Assembly: GCA_045046875.1 (NCBI GenBank)
Contig: JASFYY010000051.1
Coordinates: 1 to 26,971 of the forward strand
Reading direction: 5' to 3'
Source: Verrucomicrobiota bacterium
GTDB lineage: Bacteria > Verrucomicrobiota > Verrucomicrobiia > Verrucomicrobiales > DEV007
Length of the DNA stretch: 26,971 nt
Shown in pieces: positions 8,990 through 15,811 of this stretch. The notes under the pieces are model-generated. The model saw only the letters and a list, made by a program, of their open reading frames with translations. It was not told the DNA's origin and made no database searches. Every line of letters starts with the position of its first letter. Positions within the stretch are counted from its first letter, which is position 1. Position numbers and translations under genes: made by a program.

Positions 8990-10438
8990 TCACGCAATGA
9001 TATCATGCACCACATTGCCCTCCAGATCCGTCAGCCGATAATCCCGTCCGGAGTACCGGTAAGTCAACGCCTCGTGATCAAAACCCAGTAAATGCATGAT
9101 CGTCGCGTGAAGATCGTGCACATGCACCGGGTTCTCCTCAGCCTTGAACCCAAACTCATCCGTCGCGCCATAAGCGAATCCACCCTTCACTCCACCGCCC
9201 GCCAACCACATTGAAAATCCATGGTGATTGTGATCGCGCCCCAACTTCGTATCAGCAGCATTTGCCCCCGGTGTTGGCAACTCCACCGTCGGGGTGCGGC
9301 CAAACTCCCCGCCCCAGATCACCAAAGTATCCTCCAACAAACCTCGTTGTTTCAAATCTTTCAGCAAGGTCCCGATCGCCTGATCACAATCCTGTGCCAG
9401 TTTTCCATGTGCCTCCTTGATCTTGCTGTGACTGTCCCAGGGTTGCCCCGCGCCGTGCCACACCTGGACAAAACGAACCCCACGTTCGACCAAGCGTCGG
9501 GCGATCAACATCTGCCGCCCCTGCAAACCCTCGCCATAAGCCTCGCGGATATGCTTCGGTTCCTTGGTCACATCAAAAGCATCGCTCGCTTCCATCTGCA
9601 TACGGTAAGCCAATTCATAACTCTGGATCCTCGCTTCCAACTTGCTGTCACGAGGACGCGCCTCGGAAAAACTCCGGTTCAGGGACTGAACCAAATCCAA
9701 TTGTTGCCGCTGAAACTCGCTCGGATTTTTTTTGTTTTCAATATTGGCGATCAACTTGTCGATCGCCGTGTATTTGGTATCAATGTGAGTCCCTTGGAAA
9801 GCCCCAGGCAAAAAACCCGAACGCCAGTTCTGGGTCTCCATGATCGGAACCCCGCCAGGGCAGAGCGAAACAAAACCCGGCAGGTTTTCATTCTCCGTTC
9901 CCAGACCATAATTGATCCACGCTCCCATGCTCGGCGTTGGTTGACGAGCAAAACCCGTATTCATCAACATCAAGGACGGCTCGTGGTTCGGCACGTTGGC
10001 ATGCATCGATCGAATCACACACAAGTCGTCCGCCGAGTGCGCCACATTGGGAAACAAACTGCTGATCTCCAAACCACTCTCACCATGTTTGCTGAACTCA
10101 AAGGGCGAACGCATCGCGGTACCGGTCTTGCGCTCGGTTTTCAACTGATTGCCCGGCAAGGTCTTGCCATGGTACTTACTCAGCATCGGCTTGTGATCAA
10201 AGGTATCCACCTGCGACGGCCCGCCATTGGCAAAAATGTGAATCACCCGCTTGGCTTTTTGATCAAAATGCGGAGCCTTCGGGATCAACGGATTCAAAGA
10301 GCTCGAGGCTGCCTGCGCGCCTTGTTTGCCCATGATTCCGGCCAAAGCCACCGACCCCATTCCCATGCCGCAACGTCGCAGCAGTTCCCGACGGGACAAG
10401 GCATCCCATGATTGTTCTCTGTGGCGGTCGTATTTCAT
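8990..10438 (-). CDS. DUF1501 domain protein with twin-arginine signal
   Basis: SRRELL Tat-like leader; KAKRVIHIF..GGPSQVDTFD.KP, ARRLVERGVRFVQV, WGGEFGRTP, GRDHN and VHVHDLHAT motifs are characteristic of DUF1501. The ATG at 10438 overlaps the upstream TGA (TGATG). Confidence 0.93.
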   Translation of the reverse strand: MKYDRHREQSWDALSRRELLRRCGMGMGSVALAGIMGKQGAQAASSSLNPLIPKAPHFDQKAKRVIHIFANGGPSQVDTFDHKPMLSKYHGKTLPGNQLKTERKTGTAMRSPFEFSKHGESGLEISSLFPNVAHSADDLCVIRSMHANVPNHEPSLMLMNTGFARQPTPSMGAWINYGLGTENENLPGFVSLCPGGVPIMETQNWRSGFLPGAFQGTHIDTKYTAIDKLIANIENKKNPSEFQRQQLDLVQSLNRSFSEARPRDSKLEARIQSYELAYRMQMEASDAFDVTKEPKHIREAYGEGLQGRQMLIARRLVERGVRFVQVWHGAGQPWDSHSKIKEAHGKLAQDCDQAIGTLLKDLKQRGLLEDTLVIWGGEFGRTPTVELPTPGANAADTKLGRDHNHHGFSMWLAGGGVKGGFAYGATDEFGFKAEENPVHVHDLHATIMHLLGFDHEALTYRYSGRDYRLTDLEGNVVHDIIA

Positions 10439-13344
10439 CAATCTACAAACATAAATTCATTGGTGCACAATAAAGCTTGTGCCAGATTTTCAAGTGGAGT
10501 CGCGATCCGACCCGGGCCGCCAAACTCATCCGCATAAGCCCACTTTTTACGCCCTTCCTGCCGGACATCCAGATTCCAGGTGAACGAATCCGAATTGCTG
10601 CCCTGTTGGCAATCCACCACAAAATCCAAAGTCTCTCCCTTTTTCATCTGCACCTCATTCAACAAAAATTCCTTTTTATCCTTACCCTTGATTTCAAGTT
10701 CGCGGATCAGCCCCAGACGTGAATGCACCACCTGCAGACGAACCCCATCCCCCTGTTCCGAGCGGCGTTGCAAATGCCCGCTCACGCTCACCCCGACCCC
10801 GTCGGGAGCCTGCCACCGGGCCACCAAGCCATGTTTGACATCATTGGACGGATGCCCGCCACCTTGATAAGCATGCAAATAACCAAAACCCTTCTCCTTA
10901 TCCGGCATCACAGCCGTGGGTTGCCAGCGCTTGCTCTTACTGTCCCAACTTGGAAAAGCATTAAAATGCACCCGCTTGTCCTTACCTTCATAATAACCCT
11001 CCCCATACTGCCATGCCGTCGAGGTCTGTTGGTTGTCACGCGACACCGCCAACAATTGCTGCCCCTGCAAAAAACGAACGGCTTGCTGCAACTCGCCCGA
11101 CGAAGGGTGACGGCCAAGCACCTTGCGATACAAGGTTTCCACCAGGCTGTTTTCATCCTTGGCCGCCCCAGCCAGCGCCGACTTCGCCACGTGGGCTGCC
11201 TGCTCCATCACAAAGGGACTGTTCAGCATAAACAGGGTCTGCGTAGGAATGGTGGTATAAGGACGTTTGGCGGTATGCTTCTGAGGACTGGCAAAATCAA
11301 AAGTCCCAAAAACGGGGTCGAGATTCTGCCTATCAATGTAAGCATAGAGCGCGCGACGCCGGGTGAACGGTTGTGCGGTCATCTTCACCGAACGACCAAA
11401 CATCGTCCCGTCCAGACGCCCTGCCGCCATCAACGCGGCATCACGCATGGGCTCAAACTCTAGGCGCTGACGATTCATCCGCCATAACAAACGGTTCTCC
11501 GGATCACGCGCTAAAAACTCCGCCCCCCTGGCATTGACGCTGCCTTGTTTGTAACTCGCTGAATTCAAAATCAACTGGTGCAGTTTTTTTAATGACCAGC
11601 CATTGTCGACAAACCAAACCGCCAACCAGTCGAGCAATTCAGGGTGGGTGGGTTTTTCTCCCTGCAAACCAAAATCACTCGGTGTCCTCACCAGTCCATG
11701 ACCAAAGTGATGCTGCCAAACACGGTTCACCATCGTTCGTGCCGTCAGTGGATTATTCACATCGACAATCGCCTGCGCCATCTCCAAGCGACCGCTGCCC
11801 TGTTTGAATTCCGGCGGGTTCTCACCGACCACCAGTTGCAAAAAATGGCGCTTCACCACCTTGCCCGGCCGACTGCGCGAACCACGAATCAATATCCGTC
11901 CTGTGGCTAGTTTTTTCTTATCCTGCAAAATCAAAGCCCGATCCGCCTCCATCCCCGCATCGGCGACAAATTTATCAAACACCCCCTGCAAGGTACGCAA
12001 CTTGCGTCGATCCACTCGATCCAACTTGTTAACCAATTGTATCCGGCGGTTGGCGATGTTGGGGAATTTTTTAGCCACTTCAGCCAGCTTGGGTTCCAGG
12101 AAATCATCCAGCACTTTCTGTTTTTCCGCCAGTTTCACCTCATACGCCCGATAGGCAGCGGAATCTTCAGGCTCGCCTATCACCGGTGCTTCACTCGGCT
12201 CCTCGGAATTGTAAAATACGTTCGCCAGCGAATAATAATCCTCGGTCGGGATCGGGTCGAACTTGTGATCATGACAGCGCGAGCAACTCACCGTCAAAGC
12301 CATCGTTCCGCGAAAAGTCACATCCAGACGATCATCAATATCATCATCGGTCGATGAGCGCCGGCCCAAAGTCAAAAAACCCATCGCCGCCAAATCACTT
12401 TTATCTTGTTTGTCCCTGGTCAAATAATCAGCCGCCAACTGATACAACAAAAACTGATCATAAGGCAGGTCTTCATTCAAAGCGCGAATCACCCAATCTC
12501 GATAAGTATGAGAATAGATAAAACGCCTTTCACTGCCACCTCCGCGATAACCCTTGGTATCCGAATAACGCGCCACGTCCAACCAGTGCCGCCCCCAACG
12601 CTCTCCATACTGCGGCGACTGTAACAACTGATCGACCAGTTCCTGATAAGCTCGCGGCGAGGGATCTGCGACAAAGGTCTGCACCTCTTCGAAAGTCGGC
12701 GGCAAGCCGGTTAGATCAAAATACAAACGTCGGATCAGCGTAGGCCGACTGGCTTCATTCGCCAGATTCATTCCGGCCTTTTCCAAACTGGCCAGCACAA
12801 AAGAATCAATCCCGTTATTCACCCGCTTCACCGCTTTCACGGTCGGCAACGCAGCCCGCTTCACCGCTTGGAAAGACCAATGCTGGCTCGGATCCTCTTC
12901 CGAGCTTTGCTCCTCCGGCCAGGGCAAGCCCATCTTCACCCACTGTTCAAGATCGGCCACCGATTGCGCTGACAAGCGATCCCCTTTGCCTGGCATTTTT
13001 TCCACCTTGCCCACCCCCATTTTGCCCGCGTGTTTGACCGCAAACAGCAAAGCACTTTTTTCCGGCTGCCCCGGCACCACCACCTTACGATAATCCGTGC
13101 CGCGCAACACCCCCGCCCGCGAGTCCAGCTTCAATCCCGACTTCGCCCCATGCCCGCGATGACATTCATAACAACGCTCCGCCAACAAAGGCCTGATCTT
13201 TTTCTCAAAAAAGTCCAACTGCTGCGCCGAAAACTCCACCGCCGAGCCCGTCCCACCGCAAAACCACAGTCCAAGCCCCCCCAGTAAGGCAACAGCACGC
13301 CATCTCTTCACATTCAACTTTTTTCCCAAATCAATCACAGACAT
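10438..13344 (-). CDS. PSD1 and planctomycete cytochrome c domain protein (PSCyt1-DUF1549-DUF1553)
   Basis: FFEKKIRPLLAERCYECH and CSRCHDHKFDP (two CxxCH), YGERWGRHWLDVARYSDT, NPLTARTMVNRVWQHHFG, THPELLDWLA, and the terminal NEFMFVD. The exact start is uncertain and could be the GTG at VKRWRAVALL. Confidence 0.93.
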   Translation of the reverse strand: MSVIDLGKKLNVKRWRAVALLGGLGLWFCGGTGSAVEFSAQQLDFFEKKIRPLLAERCYECHRGHGAKSGLKLDSRAGVLRGTDYRKVVVPGQPEKSALLFAVKHAGKMGVGKVEKMPGKGDRLSAQSVADLEQWVKMGLPWPEEQSSEEDPSQHWSFQAVKRAALPTVKAVKRVNNGIDSFVLASLEKAGMNLANEASRPTLIRRLYFDLTGLPPTFEEVQTFVADPSPRAYQELVDQLLQSPQYGERWGRHWLDVARYSDTKGYRGGGSERRFIYSHTYRDWVIRALNEDLPYDQFLLYQLAADYLTRDKQDKSDLAAMGFLTLGRRSSTDDDIDDRLDVTFRGTMALTVSCSRCHDHKFDPIPTEDYYSLANVFYNSEEPSEAPVIGEPEDSAAYRAYEVKLAEKQKVLDDFLEPKLAEVAKKFPNIANRRIQLVNKLDRVDRRKLRTLQGVFDKFVADAGMEADRALILQDKKKLATGRILIRGSRSRPGKVVKRHFLQLVVGENPPEFKQGSGRLEMAQAIVDVNNPLTARTMVNRVWQHHFGHGLVRTPSDFGLQGEKPTHPELLDWLAVWFVDNGWSLKKLHQLILNSASYKQGSVNARGAEFLARDPENRLLWRMNRQRLEFEPMRDAALMAAGRLDGTMFGRSVKMTAQPFTRRRALYAYIDRQNLDPVFGTFDFASPQKHTAKRPYTTIPTQTLFMLNSPFVMEQAAHVAKSALAGAAKDENSLVETLYRKVLGRHPSSGELQQAVRFLQGQQLLAVSRDNQQTSTAWQYGEGYYEGKDKRVHFNAFPSWDSKSKRWQPTAVMPDKEKGFGYLHAYQGGGHPSNDVKHGLVARWQAPDGVGVSVSGHLQRRSEQGDGVRLQVVHSRLGLIRELEIKGKDKKEFLLNEVQMKKGETLDFVVDCQQGSNSDSFTWNLDVRQEGRKKWAYADEFGGPGRIATPLENLAQALLCTNEFMFVD

Positions 13345-13553
13345 TTAGAACAAGCAAAGCCCCCAATGTTCAAACTGAATCCCAACCATCATCGCGCCAT
13401 ATCCGTCTCAGTTATCATTTTTCATTGAGAACTGATCAATTTTTAAATCCCATTCCCCATCCGCGCCCATTTCCCTACGAACAGTTTCCTCCGGCACACT
13501 CCTTGTCGTCGACTGAGCCAATCTCTTCCCCCCAACCTCAAATCCCGTTTCTT

Positions 13554-13587
13554 ATCCGCGCCCATCCGCACCATCCGCGGTAAAAAA
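13554..13587. repeat. ATCYGCG-periodic intergenic repeat, copy A
   Basis: atccgcgccc-atccgcacc-atccgcggtaaaaaa. A partial further copy (ccccatccgcgcccat) lies at 13455-13470. Confidence 0.75.
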
Positions 13588-13605
13588 TATTCCTCACCTT
13601 TCCTG

Positions 13606-13631
13606 ACCTCCGAAGCCTTGGCAAAGGAGGT
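13606..13631. repeat. REP-like palindrome ACCTCC-gaa-GCCttGGC-aaa-GGAGGT
   Basis: 6-bp outer stem plus an inner GCC/GGC stem, read directly. It lies between the two ATCYGCG repeats. Confidence 0.7.
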
Positions 13632-13636
13632 TCCCC

Positions 13637-13670
13637 ATCTGCGCTCATCTGCGTAATCAGCGGTTAAAAT
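13637..13670. repeat. ATCYGCG-periodic intergenic repeat, copy B
   Basis: atctgcgctc-atctgcgta-atcagcggttaaaat, with the same 10+9 spacing and GCGGT-A-tract ending as copy A. Confidence 0.75.
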
Positions 13671-13693
13671 CTTTCCGAATATTCAGCTAAGCG

Positions 13694-14128
13694 TCACTTC
13701 GCCGTATAATCAAAAACCATCACCTTCTCCAAATGCGGTTTGAGATTTTTCACAAAAGCCTGATGCGCCTCGCTCGGCAAATAAGCCTCCAGCCCCGCTT
13801 TATCCTTAAAAGTCACCAGAAAACTATGAGTAAAACCATCGTTGAGCTTCTCCACACTCTCATTATTGCCCCATTCGTAATCAATAATACTAGGGATCTC
13901 CGCCTTCAAAGCACCAAAAGCTTTAACAATTTCGTCAACTTTGGCACGGGATGTGCCTTCTTTAAAAGCGAAAAACACCACATGCCGGAAGTGTCCCACA
14001 TGGCTGTTGCCGCCCTTTTGTTTGGCATCACTGCTATCGTCAGCTAAAGTCATCGTCGTTACACTTGAAAGGCCGGTAAAAACCACCGTTGCCCATAATA
14101 CCAAATATTTATTCACACTCTTTTTCAT
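13694..14128 (-). CDS. Dabb family (stress-responsive A/B barrel) protein with signal peptide
   Basis: FRHVVFFAFK, YEWGNNESVEKLNDGFTHSFLVTF, YLPSEAHQAF and VFDY match the Dabb pattern. Start moved to the ATG at 14128 (MKKSVNKYLVLWATVV...) to avoid overlap with pgi. Confidence 0.88.
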   Translation of the reverse strand: MKKSVNKYLVLWATVVFTGLSSVTTMTLADDSSDAKQKGGNSHVGHFRHVVFFAFKEGTSRAKVDEIVKAFGALKAEIPSIIDYEWGNNESVEKLNDGFTHSFLVTFKDKAGLEAYLPSEAHQAFVKNLKPHLEKVMVFDYTAK

Positions 14129-14169
14129 AGAAAAACTTCTACGATTCACCATCAACTGTCCAATAAAAA

Positions 14170-15762
14170 ATGAGCACTTCCTGGCAACACTTCCAAGACA
14201 ACTACCTGCGCTACCCAAACCTCGGTTTCTCCATCGATCTCAGCCTCAGTGGTCTGGAGCAAAGCTACATCAAATCTCTAAGTCCCCAGATTGATAAAGC
14301 CTTCGATGACATGAAAAAACTCGAAGCGGGTGAGATTGCCAACCCCGATGAAGGACGCATGGTGGGTCACTACTGGTTACGCAATCCGCAACTCGCCCCC
14401 GATAAAGAGATCCAACAGCACATCAGTGACAACATTGCCGAAATCAAAGATTTTGCTCAAGCGATTCATTCCGGATCCATCCAGGCACCCAGCGGCCAGA
14501 ATTTCCAACACGTGCTGCTAATCGGCATCGGCGGCTCCGCCCTCGGCCCGCAACTACTGGCGGGCGCCCTCGCTGCAGCTGACGCTCCACTCGCCATTCA
14601 CTTTTTTGACAATACCGATCCCGACGGCATCGACCACACTCTCGCCTGCATCGGTGACGAACTCGACCGCACTCTGGTTTTGGTTATTTCCAAATCAGGC
14701 GGCACCGCTGAAACCCGCAATGGCATGCTGGAAGCCGCGCGAGTTTTTAAAGCCCACAAGCTAAGCTTCTCCAATCATGCCGTCGCCATCACCGGCGAAG
14801 ATAGCAAACTCGATCAAAAAGCTGCATCGGAAAACTGGCTTAAACGTTTTCACATGGCCGACTGGACGGGTGGCCGCACATCCATCATGAGTGTCGTCGG
14901 TTTAGTGCCCGCAGCCTTAATCGGCATCGACATCGACGCCCTGCTCTCTGGAGCGGCCACCATGGACGAGCTCACTCGTCAGCCCTGCATCCAGCAGAAC
15001 GCGGCCATGCTGCAAGCCCTCGCCTGGCATCAAGCAGGCAATGGCAAAGGTGAAAAAGATCTGGTCATCCTGCCCTACAAAGACGGCCTAGGTTTGTTTG
15101 GCAAATACCTGCAACAGCTCATCATGGAGTCACTGGGCAAAGCCGAAGACCTCGATGGCAAAATGGTGAACCAAGGCATTGCCGTATATGGCAACAAAGG
15201 CTCTACCGACCAACACGCTTACGTGCAACAGCTACGCGACGGAGTGAACAACTTCATCGCCACCTTGGTCGAAGTGCAGCAAAGCCGCAACAATGAAAGC
15301 GGCAAAACTTTTGAAGTCGAAACCGGCGTCACCAGTGCGGATTTTCTCGAGGGATTTCTGCGCGGCACCCGCGAAGCATTGAGCTCCAACCAACGCGCCG
15401 TCATCACCCTCAGCATCAAACAGCTCGACGCCTCCAACCTCGGCATGTTAATCGCCCTATTCGAGCGCAGCACCGGATTCTACGCCAGCCTGGTCAACGT
15501 CAACGCCTACCACCAACCAGGAGTAGAAGCGGGAAAAAAAGCGGCCGGAGAGTTCCTTGCCATACTGAAAAAAGTGCAGCAATGCTTGCAGCAACATGCC
15601 GGACAAAGCTTCACCGCAGAGCAACTCGCTCAGCAACTAGATGACAACAATGAAATCGAACCCCTCTACCACGCCTTGCAGCACCTCGCCAACAACGATG
15701 CCCACATCTACGGCGAACCCGGCAACACCCCCAACGACGACCAATTCACCCACAACCCCTGA
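14170..15762 (+). CDS. pgi: Glucose-6-phosphate isomerase
   Basis: NPDEGRMVGHY, IGIGGSALGP, ISKSGGTAET, GGRTS, QQLIMESLGK, GNKGSTDQH and YHQPGVEAGK motifs. Confidence 0.97.
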   Translation: MSTSWQHFQDNYLRYPNLGFSIDLSLSGLEQSYIKSLSPQIDKAFDDMKKLEAGEIANPDEGRMVGHYWLRNPQLAPDKEIQQHISDNIAEIKDFAQAIHSGSIQAPSGQNFQHVLLIGIGGSALGPQLLAGALAAADAPLAIHFFDNTDPDGIDHTLACIGDELDRTLVLVISKSGGTAETRNGMLEAARVFKAHKLSFSNHAVAITGEDSKLDQKAASENWLKRFHMADWTGGRTSIMSVVGLVPAALIGIDIDALLSGAATMDELTRQPCIQQNAAMLQALAWHQAGNGKGEKDLVILPYKDGLGLFGKYLQQLIMESLGKAEDLDGKMVNQGIAVYGNKGSTDQHAYVQQLRDGVNNFIATLVEVQQSRNNESGKTFEVETGVTSADFLEGFLRGTREALSSNQRAVITLSIKQLDASNLGMLIALFERSTGFYASLVNVNAYHQPGVEAGKKAAGEFLAILKKVQQCLQQHAGQSFTAEQLAQQLDDNNEIEPLYHALQHLANNDAHIYGEPGNTPNDDQFTHNP

Positions 15763-15802
15763 AACCTGAATTCTAACTCCTGAATTCTAACTCCTGAATT
15801 CT
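15758..15802. repeat. Heptamer-periodic tandem repeat (14-bp unit CCTGAATTCTAACT x ~2.7)
   Basis: cctgaaa cctgaat tctaact cctgaat tctaact cctgaat tct fills most of the pgi-glnD gap. Confidence 0.88.
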
Positions 15803-15811
15803 TCCCCACCC

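Noticed and set aside
9221..10411. 396-aa ORF on the + strand, and other long antisense ORFs such as 10723-11463, 22659-23459, 23974-24627 and 25569-26231
   Set aside because: They lie wholly opposite well-supported genes and have no recognisable motifs; these are shadow ORFs.
13405..13445. AT-rich imperfect inverted repeat with a Fur-box-like look upstream of the cytochrome c gene
   Set aside because: Spacing does not fit the GATAATGATAATCATTATC consensus; too weak to call.
13455..13670. Possible CRISPR array
   Set aside because: Only two full, non-identical, internally periodic copies; no regular repeat-spacer series and no cas genes in the window.
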